Source: an uncultured Candidatus Saccharibacteria bacterium (GTDB lineage Bacteria > Patescibacteriota > Minisyncoccia > UBA6257). Taken from it: a stretch of 64,000 nt of DNA. The notes beneath the pieces were generated by a model. The model was not told the origin of the DNA. It saw only the letters and a program-made list of their open reading frames with translations, and did not search any database. The DNA is taken from the NCBI GenBank assembly GCA_964479005.1, contig CAYZJA010000001.1, positions 80,642 to 144,641 on the forward strand, read 5' to 3'. A program made the position numbers and the translations under genes. The number at the start of each line of letters is the position of its first letter. Within the stretch, counting starts at the first letter, position 1. This document shows positions 17,320 to 27,529 of the stretch, in pieces.

Positions 17320-17940
17320 ATGTTTGCAGAAGTTCCTTTGATTTTTCAGCTTATAATTCTTTTATTTTCTGTTGTTGTTCATGAAGTTTCTCATGGATTG
17401 GCTGCTTTACGTTTGGGCGACGACACAGCAGAAAAAATGGGACGTTTAACATTAAACCCATTAAAACATTTAGATCCGATTGGGTCTGTTCTTGTTCCTT
17501 TGATGCTAGTTTTAATGAAATCAGGATTTATATTTGGTTGGGCTAAACCTGTTCCTTATAATCCATTGAATCTTAAAATGCCGCGTCGTGATTCAGCTAT
17601 ATTGGCTTTTGCCGGACCAATGTCCAATTTTTGCTTGGCTCTTATTTTTGGATTGATTATTAGAATAATAATTATAACTTCTTCGTTTGTATCGCTTTTG
17701 CCGTTTTTGATAGTTATAGTAAAGATTAATTTAATTTTAGGTATATTTAATTTACTACCGATCCCTCCATTAGATGGTTCAAAAATATTATTTTATTTTT
17801 TTCCATCCCGTGAATTAGAAATCTTTCTTCACCGATATGGCATCATTGTTTTGTTTCTTTTTATTATGTTTGCAGGGGCGATTATCTTTCCCATTATTAA
17901 GTTATTATTCTTGATTTTAACTGGAATCCCATTGGGCTGA
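17320..17940 (+). CDS. site-2 protease (M50) family membrane metalloprotease
   Basis: HEVSHGLAA (HExxH) in a TM helix, and NLLPIPPLDGSK. Confidence 0.85.
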   Translation: MFAEVPLIFQLIILLFSVVVHEVSHGLAALRLGDDTAEKMGRLTLNPLKHLDPIGSVLVPLMLVLMKSGFIFGWAKPVPYNPLNLKMPRRDSAILAFAGPMSNFCLALIFGLIIRIIIITSSFVSLLPFLIVIVKINLILGIFNLLPIPPLDGSKILFYFFPSRELEIFLHRYGIIVLFLFIMFAGAIIFPIIKLLFLILTGIPLG

Positions 17941-17969
17941 TTGACATAAAATGCCTTATTTGCTAAACT
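17941..17969 (+). promoter_or_regulatory. promoter TTGACA-17-TGcTAAACT directly before rpsL
   Basis: ttgaca taaaatgccttatttgc taaact. The -10 ends 10 nt before the rpsL ATG. Confidence 0.55.
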
Positions 17970-17979
17970 ATTTTTTGTT

Positions 17980-18393
17980 ATGCCTACTTTACATCAATTA
18001 ATTAAAAAAGGGAGAAAATCAATTGTGAAGAAGAGCAAATCAGTTGCTCTGTCTTTTTCTTTTGATACTATAAAAAATAGGCCAAGCAATCATCCATCTT
18101 CTTTTAAAAAAGGTGTTTGCTTAAAAGTTTTTACAGCAACTCCAAAAAAGCCAAACTCCGCTTTACGAAAAGTAGCTAGAGTGAAATTAAGCAATGGCAT
18201 GGAAGTTACCGCATATATTCCAGGAATAGGGCATAATTTACAGGAGCACTCAATAGTCTTAGTAAGAGGTGGAAGAGTAAAAGATTTGCCAGGAGTTCGT
18301 TATCATGTAGTTCGTGGCAAACATGATATTTCTGGAGTAGATGGAAGAAAACAGCAAAGAAGTAAATATGGAACAAAAAAAGCAAAAGAATAA
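17980..18393 (+). CDS. rpsL: 30S ribosomal protein S12
   Basis: [11 protein letters not shown] ... [20 protein letters not shown] ... [15 protein letters not shown]. Confidence 0.97.
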   Translation: MPTLHQLIKKGRKSIVKKSKSVALSFSFDTIKNRPSNHPSSFKKGVCLKVFTATPKKPNSALRKVARVKLSNGMEVTAYIPGIGHNLQEHSIVLVRGGRVKDLPGVRYHVVRGKHDISGVDGRKQQRSKYGTKKAKE

Positions 18394-18402
18394 GCATCTA
18401 TT

Positions 18403-18870
18403 ATGAGGAGAAAACATAGACAAGAAAAAGAATATGAACCAGATTTAATTTATAAAAGCGCTTTAGCGACGCGTTTTATTAATTATTTAATGAAAGATGG
18501 AAAAAAGTCAGTGGCGCAGAGAGTTCTTTATAACACAATGGAAAATATTAAAAAACAAACTAAGCAAGATCCATTGAGTATTTTTGATTTAGCTATTAAA
18601 AATGTTTCACCAGAATTAGAAGTTAAAAGCAGAAGAATAGGAGGCGCTAATTATCAAGTTCCTCAAGCGGTTCCTGAATATAGAAAAACCACATTAGCTT
18701 GCCGTTGGATTATTAATATGGCCCGGGCTAAAAAAGGAAAAACAATGGCAGAAAGATTAGCAGAAGAATTAATTCTGGCTTCGAAAAACGAGGGAGCAGC
18801 TATAAAGAAAAAATTAGATATTCATCGTATGGCTGAGGCAAATCGCGCTTTTGCTCGTTTTCGTTTCTAA
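18403..18870 (+). CDS. rpsG: 30S ribosomal protein S7
   Basis: [16 protein letters not shown] ... NRAFARFRF. Confidence 0.97.
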   Translation: MRRKHRQEKEYEPDLIYKSALATRFINYLMKDGKKSVAQRVLYNTMENIKKQTKQDPLSIFDLAIKNVSPELEVKSRRIGGANYQVPQAVPEYRKTTLACRWIINMARAKKGKTMAERLAEELILASKNEGAAIKKKLDIHRMAEANRAFARFRF

Positions 18871-18880
18871 ATTTAATATC

Positions 18881-20989
18881 ATGACTAAAATATATCCTAT
18901 AGATAAAATAAGGGACATTGGTTTTATAGCTCACATTGACGCTGGTAAGACTACCACTACTGAGCGCGTTTTATTTTATACTGGAATATCCCATAAAATA
19001 GGAAATATAGATGACGGAGATACTGTGATGGATTGGATGGACCAAGAGAGAGAAAGAGGCATTACCATTACTTCTGCCGCCACTACTTGTTTTTGGATTC
19101 CTTCATATAGAAATCAAGATTCTAATTATGAACATCGAATAAATATTATTGATACTCCAGGGCATATTGATTTTACTGCTGAAGTGCAGCGATCTTTAAG
19201 GGTGCTTGATGGCGCAGTAGTCATTTTTGATGGAGTAGCTGGTGTGGAATCTCAATCTGAAACAGTTTGGCATCAAGCTGATAAATATAATGTTCCGAGG
19301 ATGTGTTTTATTAATAAAATGGATAGAATAGGCGCTGATTTTTATAAAGGACTAAAATCTATTTATGAAAGATTAACTCCAAATGCCCAACCAATTAATA
19401 TACCTATTGGAGCTGAAGATAAATTTGAAGGGATTGCTGATTTAATTACAATGAAAGCTGTGTATTTTGAAGGTGAAAAAGGTGAGAATATAATCACAAA
19501 AGAAATCCCTTCAGATTTACTGGATAAAGCCAAAGAATATAGAAAATTATTGATAGAAAAAGTAGTGGAGCAGGACGAAAAATTATTAGGCGAATATTTA
19601 GAAGGCAAAGAGCCAACAGAGGAAAAGATAAGAGAGATATTGAGAAAGATTACTATTAAAGGGGATATAGTTCCTGTTCTTTGCGGCGCTTCTTTTAAAA
19701 ACAAAGGAGTGCAGCTTCTTATTGACGCGATTGTAGAATATTTGCCTTCTCCTAAAGATGTTCCAGCTGTTGAAGGAATTCATCCTAAAACCGGAGAAAA
19801 AGTCATTTGTCCTCCAGATGATAAAAAACCTTTTGCTGCTTTGGTATTTAAGGTAGCGAATGATCCTTATGTTGGTACATTAAGTTTTTTCCGGGTTTAT
19901 TCTGGAGTGTTTAAAAAAGGCAATTATGTTCTTAATGCCACTAAATCAAGCCAAGAAAGGATTGGAAGATTATTGCAAATGCATTCTAATCGCCGTGAAG
20001 AATTAGATGTGATACGAGCAGGTGACATAGCGGCTACAGTTGGATTAAAAGATACAGGAACAGGTGACACTTTGTGTGATATTAATTCACCTGTCATTTT
20101 AGAAAAGATTTTTTTCCCAGAACCTGTTATTTCAATAAAAGTAGAGCCACAGACAAAATCTGACCAGGAAAAAATGTCTTTGGTATTAAAAAAATTAGCT
20201 GAAGAAGATCCAACTTTTCAAGTAAAAACTGATGAAGAAACTTCAGAAACAATCATATCGGGAATGGGTGAACTTCATTTGGAAATCTTGGTAGATAGAA
20301 TGAAAAGAGAGTTTAATCTTAAAGTGGACACTGGAAAGCCTCAAGTGGCTTATAGAGAAACAATTAAGAAAATTGTTGAAAGTGAAGGTAAGTATATTCG
20401 GCAATCTGGGGGACGCGGCCAATATGGCCATGTTGTATTGAGATTAGAGCCATTAGAAAGAGGAAAGGGGTTTGAATTTGTTGATAGTATTAAAGGTGGA
20501 GATATTCCTAAAGAATTTATTCCTGCAGTACGAAAGGGAATAGAACAAGCTTTGGAAAAAGGTATTTTAGCGGGTTATCCAATGTCTGATGTAAGAGTTG
20601 CGCTTTATGATGGATCTTTCCATGATGTGGATTCTTCAGATTTTGCTTTCAAGATTGCTGGTTCTATGGCTTTTCAAGATGGAGCAAAAAGAGCTAATCC
20701 CGTTCTTTTAGAGCCAATAATGAAATTAGAAGTTGTGGTGCCTGAAAAATTCTTAGGTGATGTTGTGGGTGATTTGAGTTCTAAAAGAGGCCTTGTAGAA
20801 AGCATGCATGATAGAGGGGTCATGAAAGTAATTGACGCTAAAGTTCCTTTAGCTGAAATGTTTGGTTTTGCTACAAAATTACGTTCTATGACTGAAGGCA
20901 GAGGTACGTTTACCATGGAGTTCTTCTGCTATAAAGAAGTTCCTTCTAATATAACCGAGGAGATAATGGGTAAACAGTCTGCGGCTTGA
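18881..20989 (+). CDS. fusA: elongation factor G
   Basis: [38 protein letters not shown] 18881 preferred over the track start, which overlaps rpsG. Confidence 0.97.
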   Translation: MTKIYPIDKIRDIGFIAHIDAGKTTTTERVLFYTGISHKIGNIDDGDTVMDWMDQERERGITITSAATTCFWIPSYRNQDSNYEHRINIIDTPGHIDFTAEVQRSLRVLDGAVVIFDGVAGVESQSETVWHQADKYNVPRMCFINKMDRIGADFYKGLKSIYERLTPNAQPINIPIGAEDKFEGIADLITMKAVYFEGEKGENIITKEIPSDLLDKAKEYRKLLIEKVVEQDEKLLGEYLEGKEPTEEKIREILRKITIKGDIVPVLCGASFKNKGVQLLIDAIVEYLPSPKDVPAVEGIHPKTGEKVICPPDDKKPFAALVFKVANDPYVGTLSFFRVYSGVFKKGNYVLNATKSSQERIGRLLQMHSNRREELDVIRAGDIAATVGLKDTGTGDTLCDINSPVILEKIFFPEPVISIKVEPQTKSDQEKMSLVLKKLAEEDPTFQVKTDEETSETIISGMGELHLEILVDRMKREFNLKVDTGKPQVAYRETIKKIVESEGKYIRQSGGRGQYGHVVLRLEPLERGKGFEFVDSIKGGDIPKEFIPAVRKGIEQALEKGILAGYPMSDVRVALYDGSFHDVDSSDFAFKIAGSMAFQDGAKRANPVLLEPIMKLEVVVPEKFLGDVVGDLSSKRGLVESMHDRGVMKVIDAKVPLAEMFGFATKLRSMTEGRGTFTMEFFCYKEVPSNITEEIMGKQSAA

Positions 20990-21014
20990 CAATGAATTAG
21001 TTATGCCTTAATAT
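20986..21014 (+). promoter_or_regulatory. promoter TTGACA-17-TAATAT overlapping the fusA stop
   Basis: ttgaca atgaattagttatgcct taatat. Followed by the 5'-UTR hairpin tccgcc..ggcgga. Confidence 0.5.
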
Positions 21015-21108
21015 TGTAGATACAAAGGTAATCCGCCATTTACCAGTCAGTGAAGGCGGAGAAAAATAAAAAAAACAATAAAAATAATAAAAATTAAAAT
21101 TAAAAAAC

Positions 21109-22308
21109 ATGGCAGAAAAAGAGAAATTTGTTCGTGGAAAAACACATATGAATGTAGGAACCATTGGTCATATTGATCATGGTAAAACTACCTTAACAGC
21201 AGCTATTTCACATGCGCTTCACCTGAAAGGTTTAGCGAAGAAGGCCCTTAATGTTGCTGAAATTGATAAGGCTCCTGAAGAAAAAGCCCGTGGTATTACC
21301 ATTAACGTTCATCATTCCGAGTATGAAACTGAAAAAAGGCATTATGCTCATATCGATTGTCCAGGACATATTGATTATATTAAAAATATGGTCACTGGAT
21401 CAGCGCAAATGGATGGCGCCATCCTAGTAGTTTCTGCTCCTGATGGCCCTATGCCGCAAACATTTGAGCATATTCTTTTAGCTCGTCAAGTTGGAGTTCC
21501 TGCAATGGTAGTCTTTTTGAATAAAACAGACATGGTTCAGGATAAAGAATTATTGGAATTAGTGGAAACTGAGATAAGGGAACTTTTAACTAAGAATGGT
21601 TATCCTGGAAATGATGTTCCTATAATAAAGGGATCATCTTTAAAAGCATTGGATGCTAAATCTGTTGATGATACTGAAATAAAGCCAATATTTGAATTAA
21701 TAGATGCGCTTGATTCTTATTTCCCTGATCCAGTAAGGGATACAGATAAACCATTTCTTATGCCTATTGAAGATATATTCTCTATAGAAGGACGTGGTAC
21801 TGTAGCTACTGGAAGAGTTGAAAGAGGAAGAATTAATATCAATGATGAAGTAGAAATTATAGGATATCATCCAACAGTAAAAACTGTTGTGACTGGCCTT
21901 GAAATGTTTAATAAATCTCTTGATGAAAGCCAAGCTGGAGATAACGTAGGCGTTCTATTAAGAGGAACTAAGAAAGAAGAAATAAGGAGAGGCCAAGTAT
22001 TAGCTAAGCCAGGTTCTATTACTCCTCATACAGAGTTTGAAGCAGAGGTTTATATCTTAGCCAAAGAAGAAGGCGGAAGGCATACGCCGTTCTTTAGTGG
22101 CTATAAGCCCCAATTCTTTATTCGCACAGCTGATGTTACAGGAGAAGTTACTCTTCCTGAAGGAGTAGAAATGGTTATGCCTGGCGATAATGTAAAGTTT
22201 AAAGTTAAATTAATTGCTCCAGTTGCGTTAGACGATACTTCTCGTTTTGCCATTAGAGAAGGTGGACGAACTGTAGGTGCTGGAGTTGTTACAAAAATTA
22301 TAAAGTAA
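21109..22308 (+). CDS. tuf: elongation factor Tu
   Basis: [31 protein letters not shown]. Confidence 0.98.
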   Translation: MAEKEKFVRGKTHMNVGTIGHIDHGKTTLTAAISHALHLKGLAKKALNVAEIDKAPEEKARGITINVHHSEYETEKRHYAHIDCPGHIDYIKNMVTGSAQMDGAILVVSAPDGPMPQTFEHILLARQVGVPAMVVFLNKTDMVQDKELLELVETEIRELLTKNGYPGNDVPIIKGSSLKALDAKSVDDTEIKPIFELIDALDSYFPDPVRDTDKPFLMPIEDIFSIEGRGTVATGRVERGRININDEVEIIGYHPTVKTVVTGLEMFNKSLDESQAGDNVGVLLRGTKKEEIRRGQVLAKPGSITPHTEFEAEVYILAKEEGGRHTPFFSGYKPQFFIRTADVTGEVTLPEGVEMVMPGDNVKFKVKLIAPVALDDTSRFAIREGGRTVGAGVVTKIIK

Positions 22309-22318
22309 AGAATTTATC

Positions 22319-22645
22319 GTGCCTACTTCTAAGACCGAGATTCAACAGAAGATTAGAATTAAAATAAAGGGCTATGATCATCGGATCCTTGACAACTCTT
22401 GTCAGCAAATTATTGAGACTGTAATGAGATATGGCAGCGAAGCTATTGGTCCAATCCCTTTGCCAACCGAAATTCATCGTTATACAGTGAATAGGGCTAC
22501 TTTTGTTAAAAAGGATGCCAGGGAGCAGTTTGAAATCAGGATTCATAAAAGATTGATAGAAATTCCTAATCCTAATCAGAAAATTATTGAAGCCCTTACA
22601 AGTTTAGATTTGCCGGCAGGAGTAGATATAGAAATAAAGATGTAA
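22319..22645 (+). CDS. rpsJ: 30S ribosomal protein S10 (GTG start)
   Basis: [15 protein letters not shown] ... GPIPLPT ... HKRLIEI. Confidence 0.97.
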   Translation: MPTSKTEIQQKIRIKIKGYDHRILDNSCQQIIETVMRYGSEAIGPIPLPTEIHRYTVNRATFVKKDAREQFEIRIHKRLIEIPNPNQKIIEALTSLDLPAGVDIEIKM

Positions 22646-22682
22646 AATCAGCACAGCTAGTCTATAGCGGTAACCTTGAGGA

Positions 22683-22706
22683 AAACTGGGCTAGTGCCCA
22701 GTTTTT
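22683..22706 (+). terminator. terminator-like hairpin between rpsJ and rplC
   Basis: aaactggg/cccagttt 8-bp stem, 6-nt loop, U-run. Confidence 0.4.
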
Positions 22707-22719
22707 CAATGTCAAATTT

Positions 22720-23319
22720 ATGAAATTTATATTAGCTAAAAAATTGAAAATGTCGCAGGTTTTTGATAGCGAAGAAAAAGTTATTCCAGTAACTATTTTA
22801 GAGGCTGGTCCTGTTAAAATTACACAAATAAAAACCGAAGATAAAGATGGTTATGAAGCTATTCAGATTGGCTATGGGCATAAAAAAAATCAAACAAAAG
22901 CTTTGGCCGGGCACTTAAAGGATTTAGGAAAGTTTTCTTGGCTAGCAGAAATTCATGGAAAGGTTTCTGATTACAAAGTTGGTGATGAAATTAAGGTAGA
23001 TATTTTTAAAGAAGGGGATAAAGTAATAGTAATAGGAAAAAGTAAGGGAAAGGGCTTTCAGGGCGTGGTTAAAAGACATGGATTTAGAGGTTCTCCTGCA
23101 AGCCACGGAACAAAAGATAGATTGAGAGCGCCTGGATCAATTGGCGCTACTGGGCTTCATCGTGTAGTAAAGGGCAAAAAAATGGCGGGCAGAATGGGCC
23201 AGGATCAGTTGACATTAAAAAAAATAGAGGTTATAAAAGTTGATTCAGAAAAAGGTCTTCTTTATTTGAAAGGAGCTATTCCCGGCAGAAGAGGTTCATT
23301 AATAAAAGTTATGGGATAA
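22720..23319 (+). CDS. rplC: 50S ribosomal protein L3
   Basis: KGKGFQGVVKRHGF.G.PASHG pattern. Confidence 0.97.
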   Translation: MKFILAKKLKMSQVFDSEEKVIPVTILEAGPVKITQIKTEDKDGYEAIQIGYGHKKNQTKALAGHLKDLGKFSWLAEIHGKVSDYKVGDEIKVDIFKEGDKVIVIGKSKGKGFQGVVKRHGFRGSPASHGTKDRLRAPGSIGATGLHRVVKGKKMAGRMGQDQLTLKKIEVIKVDSEKGLLYLKGAIPGRRGSLIKVMG

Positions 23320-23324
23320 AAGAT

Positions 23325-23957
23325 ATGAAAGCGCCTATTTACAATTTAAAAGGAAAGACATTAAAAAAGATTGAGTTATCTGAGGATATTTTTGGTAAGA
23401 AGATTAATAATAATCTTGTTCACCAGGTTTATACAAGCCTTTTAAGCAATCGACGAAAACCATTAGCTTTTAGTAAAGACAGGTCAGAAGTGAGAGGTGG
23501 AGGAAAAAAGCCATGGAGGCAAAAAGGGACAGGAAGGGCCAGGCATGGCTCTATTCGTTCTCCTTTATGGAAAGGAGGTGGGGTGACATTTGGTCCGAGA
23601 GCAAAAGAAAGAGATTTTAAAAAGAAGATAAATAAAAAGATAAAAAAGGACGCTATTAAAATGGTTCTTTCCCAGAAGTTTAGAGATGGGGAGATTAAAA
23701 TAATTGAGGATATCGATTTAAAGGAACATAAAACCAGCCAAATGGATAAATTTTTTAGAAGCCTTTTAAAAATAGAAAAGAAATTTCCAAAAGTTTTGTT
23801 TTTAATTGACTCAAAAAATGAGGTATTACGAAAGAGTGCGAAAAATCTACCCTATATTAAAATTATGAATGCTGAGAATATTGATTTGATAGAAATATTA
23901 AATAATAAATATTTGGTGATATCAAAAAATATTTTGCCAATGATAGAGATTAAGTAA
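23325..23957 (+). CDS. rplD: 50S ribosomal protein L4
   Basis: EVRGGGKKPWRQKGTGRARHGSIRSPLWKGGGVTFGP. Confidence 0.97.
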   Translation: MKAPIYNLKGKTLKKIELSEDIFGKKINNNLVHQVYTSLLSNRRKPLAFSKDRSEVRGGGKKPWRQKGTGRARHGSIRSPLWKGGGVTFGPRAKERDFKKKINKKIKKDAIKMVLSQKFRDGEIKIIEDIDLKEHKTSQMDKFFRSLLKIEKKFPKVLFLIDSKNEVLRKSAKNLPYIKIMNAENIDLIEILNNKYLVISKNILPMIEIK

Positions 23958-23965
23958 ATAAATTT

Positions 23966-24424
23966 ATGGGTATTTTGAATATTTTTAAAAATAAGAACCT
24001 TTTTCGTTCTACTCAAAAGAACCTTGTTTCTCGTGATGCTCGAAATAAGAAAATCGAAGAAAAAAAGGTTGAGAAAGAGAAAACCAAAAAGCCAGTAGCA
24101 GAAGAAAAGAAAGTTGAAATAAAAGGGAAGATTGTTTTAGAAGGATCCTCTTCGGCATTGTTGATTAATCCTTATTTGAGCGAAAAGTCTACTAGTTTAA
24201 GAGAGCAAGAAAATAAATATATTTTTAAAGTTAGCCCTAGAGCGACAAAAAACGAAATAAAAAAACTTTTAGAAAATATTTACAATGTGGAGGTAACCAA
24301 GATTAATGTAATAAATACCCCTGCTAAGCCTAAAAGATGGAGACAGAAAAAAAGATATTTTAACAGGAGTAAAAAAATGATGGTTACCATAAAGAAAGGC
24401 CAAAAAATAGAATTAGGAATATGA
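23966..24424 (+). CDS. rplW: 50S ribosomal protein L23 with ~55-aa N-terminal Lys-rich extension (start uncertain)
   Basis: The L23 core starts near LLINPYLSEKSTSL...KYIFKV...NKIKKLLENIYNVEV. The upstream part of the ORF contains a repeat-family copy. Confidence 0.85.
   Translation: MGILNIFKNKNLFRSTQKNLVSRDARNKKIEEKKVEKEKTKKPVAEEKKVEIKGKIVLEGSSSALLINPYLSEKSTSLREQENKYIFKVSPRATKNEIKKLLENIYNVEVTKINVINTPAKPKRWRQKKRYFNRSKKMMVTIKKGQKIELGI
23991..24049 (+). repeat. AAGAACCTTG-family repeat copy inside the rplW 5' region
   Basis: ataagaacctttttcgttctactcaaaagaaccttgtttctcgtgatgctcgaaataag. The second half aligns to the unit ataagaaccttgttattcgcctttggctcataataag. Confidence 0.55.
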
Positions 24425-25257
24425 TAAAAAGATATAAACCAACAACACCATCTCGTCGCCACTATACTGTTTCTGATTATTCAGTTTTAACTAGTGAAAA
24501 GCCTTTTAAAAGACTAACTTCTTCTAAAAAAAGAAGCGTTGGGAGATCTAAAGGAAGAATAACGGTTCGGCATAAAGGTGGCGGCAACAAGAAACTGCAT
24601 AGAGAGATTGTTTTTGGCGAGCAAAAAAAAGGAGTTCCGGGAATAATAAAGACCATAGAATATGATCCTTACCGCTCTGCATTTATCTCATTGGTATCTT
24701 ATAAAGACGGCGATTGGCGCTATATTTTATCTCCACATAATTTGAAAGTTGGGGATGAAATTATTTGTGATGAAAAAACGCCTTTTAAGAAAGGAAATAG
24801 ATTGCAATTAAAAAATATTCCAGTCGGAAGCTTGATACATAATATAGAAATTAGAGTAGGCGCTGGAGGAAGACTAGCTAAGTCAGCAGGATCTTCTGCG
24901 CAAGTTATAACCCAAGATGGAAAACATACCCATCTTAAAATGCCTTCATCAGAAATAAGGAAGATATTGGATGTTTGCTATGCGTCAATTGGGCAACTTT
25001 CTAATGTTGAACATGGAATGGTAAGCATTGGAAAAGCAGGAAGGGCGCGTCATATGGGAAGAAGGCCCAAAGTAAGAGGAACGGCAATGAATCCTGTAGA
25101 TCATCCATATGGTGGCGGAGAAGGAAAAACGCAAAGAGGAACAAAAAGGCCAAAAAGCATTTATGGTAAAGTTACTGGTGGCGTAAAAACAAGAAAGAAG
25201 AAAAAATATTCTAATAAGTTTATTATAAAAAAGCGAAAGAAAAAACGTAAAAAATAA
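24421..25257 (+). CDS. rplB: 50S ribosomal protein L2
   Basis: [12 protein letters not shown] ... [17 protein letters not shown]. Confidence 0.97.
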   Translation: MIKRYKPTTPSRRHYTVSDYSVLTSEKPFKRLTSSKKRSVGRSKGRITVRHKGGGNKKLHREIVFGEQKKGVPGIIKTIEYDPYRSAFISLVSYKDGDWRYILSPHNLKVGDEIICDEKTPFKKGNRLQLKNIPVGSLIHNIEIRVGAGGRLAKSAGSSAQVITQDGKHTHLKMPSSEIRKILDVCYASIGQLSNVEHGMVSIGKAGRARHMGRRPKVRGTAMNPVDHPYGGGEGKTQRGTKRPKSIYGKVTGGVKTRKKKKYSNKFIIKKRKKKRKK

Positions 25258-25261
25258 TATT

Positions 25262-25591
25262 ATGTCTCGTTCACTAAAAAAAGGCCCATACGTTCATCCA
25301 AAATTGTTAAAGAAACTCTCCAAGATAAAGATAGGAGATAAAACTCCTATTAAAACTTGGTCTAGAGATTCAATAATTACACCAGAAATGGTTGGTTTTG
25401 TTTTCGCCGTGCATAATGGTAAAGATTTTATTGAGGTAGAAACAAGAGAAGAAATGGTTGGGCATCATTTAGGGGAATTTTCTTTAACAAGAAAGTTTTT
25501 TAAACATGGTGGAAAAATGCAAAAAGAATTGGAAGCAAAAGCAAGGGTTTCAGAAAAAACATCAGCGTCTGCGCAAAGTGAAAAAAAATAA
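25262..25591 (+). CDS. rpsS: 30S ribosomal protein S19
   Basis: [10 protein letters not shown] ... [27 protein letters not shown]. Confidence 0.97.
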   Translation: MSRSLKKGPYVHPKLLKKLSKIKIGDKTPIKTWSRDSIITPEMVGFVFAVHNGKDFIEVETREEMVGHHLGEFSLTRKFFKHGGKMQKELEAKARVSEKTSASAQSEKK

Positions 25592-25610
25592 ATATTTAGC
25601 AGAATAAATT

Positions 25611-26123
25611 ATGGAAGTTAAAGCCTCTTTAAAATATTTAAGAATTAGTCCTCGGAAAGTCCGATTACTCACAAATTTAATAAAAGGGCTATCTGTTAAA
25701 AGCGCAGAAGCTAATTTGCTTCATATTTCTAAGAAAAGCAGCAAGCCTTTGTTAAAATTATTAAGATCTGCTATAGCTAATGCTAAACATAATTTTGATT
25801 TAGATAAAGACAATCTTTTTATTAGGGCTATTAGAGTAGATGAAGGGCCGGCTTTTAAGAGGTTCCGTCCTAGAGCGCGTGGAGCAGCTTATCCAATAAG
25901 AAAAAGAACCTCACATATCTTTCTTACCTTAAAGGAAATAAAAGAAAAGGAAACTAAAACAAAAAAAGAAGTTAAAGATGTTAAACATGAGAAGGAGATA
26001 AAAGAGAAAAAAGCTCGAGTAAAAAGTTCCGCTTTTGTAAAAAAACCAGAGTTTAAAAAAGAAGAAAAAATAATAAAGAGATCTGCTCAAAAACAAAGAA
26101 TATTTCGTCGTAAAGCAATTTAA
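25611..26123 (+). CDS. rplV: 50S ribosomal protein L22 with long K/E-rich C-terminal extension
   Basis: ISPRKVRLLTNLIKG ... RVDEGPAFKRFRPRARGAAYPIRKRTSHI, followed by ~55 aa rich in K and E. Confidence 0.95.
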   Translation: MEVKASLKYLRISPRKVRLLTNLIKGLSVKSAEANLLHISKKSSKPLLKLLRSAIANAKHNFDLDKDNLFIRAIRVDEGPAFKRFRPRARGAAYPIRKRTSHIFLTLKEIKEKETKTKKEVKDVKHEKEIKEKKARVKSSAFVKKPEFKKEEKIIKRSAQKQRIFRRKAI

Positions 26124-26131
26124 ATATTGAT

Positions 26132-26779
26132 ATGGGTCAAAAAATTAATCCAAAATCTTTTAGGATAGGTATTAACAAGGGATGGCATTCCCGTTGGTTT
26201 AATTTAAAAGAATCCCCAAAATTATTGGAACAGGATTATAAAATTCGTGAATTTATTTATAAAAAAGCTAAAACATGCAGGATAGAAAGCGTGGATATTG
26301 AAAGAAAAGCCGGTGATATTAAAATTATTATTAAAACTGCTCGTCCCGGATTATTGATTGGCCGTCAGGGTAAAGGCATAGAAGATATTCAAAAAGGATT
26401 AGCAAAGTTATTAAAGATCAAATCGCGTATTGATATTTCAATTGAAGAAGTTAAACATCCGGAAATATCTGGGGAGATTGTAGCTCAAAGCATTGCTGAA
26501 GATATAGAAAAGAGAATGCCATACAGAAGAGTCCTAAAGCAATATATAACCAAAGTAATACAGCGTAAAGAGGTCTTGGGTGTGAAAATTATGCTTTCAG
26601 GCAGGTTAGACGGAACAGAGATTGCACGTAATGAATGGCTAAAAGAAGGAAAATTGCCCTTATCAACTATTAGGGCAGATATTGATTATGGTTTTACTGA
26701 AGCGCGTTGTACTTATGGAACAATAGGAATAAAAGTATGGATTTATAAAGGAGAAAAGTTTTCAGATATTAATAAATAG
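26132..26779 (+). CDS. rpsC: 30S ribosomal protein S3
   Basis: MGQKINPKSFRIGI ... RPGLLIGRQGKGIE (KH domain). Confidence 0.97.
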   Translation: MGQKINPKSFRIGINKGWHSRWFNLKESPKLLEQDYKIREFIYKKAKTCRIESVDIERKAGDIKIIIKTARPGLLIGRQGKGIEDIQKGLAKLLKIKSRIDISIEEVKHPEISGEIVAQSIAEDIEKRMPYRRVLKQYITKVIQRKEVLGVKIMLSGRLDGTEIARNEWLKEGKLPLSTIRADIDYGFTEARCTYGTIGIKVWIYKGEKFSDINK

Positions 26780-26787
26780 TAATTCTT

Positions 26788-27201
26788 ATGTTATTGCCAA
26801 AAAAAGTAAAACATAGAAAAATGCATAAAGGTCGGAAGAGATTTCGCCAAGTAGAAACCAGGGGAATTGAACTTTCTTTTGGTAGTTTTGGATTAAAGGC
26901 CATGGAAGAATCCTGGTTAACATCCCAACAGATTGAATCAGCTTATCGGGCAATAGCCCGTTCCTTGCGAAAAGAAGGAAAAATCTGGATGAGGGTATTT
27001 CCTGATAAACCTATTACTAAAAAAGCGGCAGAAACTAAAATGGGCAAAGGAAAGGGTTCTGTGGATCATTACGTTTTTCCAGTAAGGCCCGGAAGAATTC
27101 TTTTTGAATTAGACGGAATCTCTTATGAAAAAGTGAAAGAAGCTTTTCGTTTGGCTAATTCAAAATTACCAATTAAAACTTTAATTATTAGAAAACAATA
27201 A
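26788..27201 (+). CDS. rplP: 50S ribosomal protein L16
   Basis: MLLPKKVKHRKMHKGR ... PITKKAAETKMGKGKG. Confidence 0.97.
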   Translation: MLLPKKVKHRKMHKGRKRFRQVETRGIELSFGSFGLKAMEESWLTSQQIESAYRAIARSLRKEGKIWMRVFPDKPITKKAAETKMGKGKGSVDHYVFPVRPGRILFELDGISYEKVKEAFRLANSKLPIKTLIIRKQ

Positions 27202-27203
27202 TT

Positions 27204-27404
27204 ATGGTAAAAGCAAAAGAATTACGATTAAAACCCGAAGAGGAATTAAATCAATTACTGTCTGAATCCCAAAAGAAATTACGGGAATTGAGGTTTAATT
27301 TGGCTAGCGGAAAAGTTAAAAACGTACGCACCATTCGTGTTTTGAAAAAGAACATTGCGAGAATTTTAACTATTTTAAATGAAGAAAATGAAAATCAACT
27401 CTAA
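27204..27404 (+). CDS. rpmC: 50S ribosomal protein L29
   Basis: KAKELRLKPEEELNQLL...LRELRFNLASGKVKN. Confidence 0.95.
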   Translation: MVKAKELRLKPEEELNQLLSESQKKLRELRFNLASGKVKNVRTIRVLKKNIARILTILNEENENQL

Positions 27405-27527
27405 TTATGAGCCAAAGGCGAATAACAAGGTTCTTATTATGAGCAAAGCAAATAACAAGGTTCTTATTATGAGCCAAAGGCGAATAACAAGGTTCTTATT
27501 ATGAGCAAAGCAAATAACAAGGTTCTT
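27404..27527 (+). repeat. tandem array A-B-A-B (32+30+32+30 nt) between rpmC and rpsQ
   Basis: A = attatgagccaaaggcgaataacaaggttctt (27404, 27466). B = attatgagcaaagcaaataacaaggttctt (27436, 27498). The two A copies are identical, as are the two B copies. Confidence 0.95.
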
Positions 27528-27529
27528 AT

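Noticed and set aside
18851-18880. Longer N-terminal starts from the ORF track (fusA 18851, rplO 31135, rnhA 39967, lepA 44276, rplJ 52719, GH 56468, ferritin-like 3629)
   Set aside because: Each extension overlaps the upstream gene or a leader/terminator and adds non-conserved residues. In each case an internal ATG reproduces the canonical N-terminus.
19363-19704. Antisense ORFs inside conserved genes (e.g. 19363..19704, 11099..11455, 31801..32247, 38832..39242, 51582..51923, 61322..61522)
   Set aside because: All lie opposite strongly supported conserved CDSs (fusA, the CaCA antiporter gene, secY, pgk, iscS and the large secreted protein). None has motifs or start signals. These are expected chance ORFs.
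27404-27527. Possible CRISPR array (regular ~30-nt repeats)
   Set aside because: The units are directly adjacent, with no unique spacers between them. There are only two unit types in an A-B-A-B pattern, and no cas genes are nearby. This is a tandem duplication, not CRISPR.
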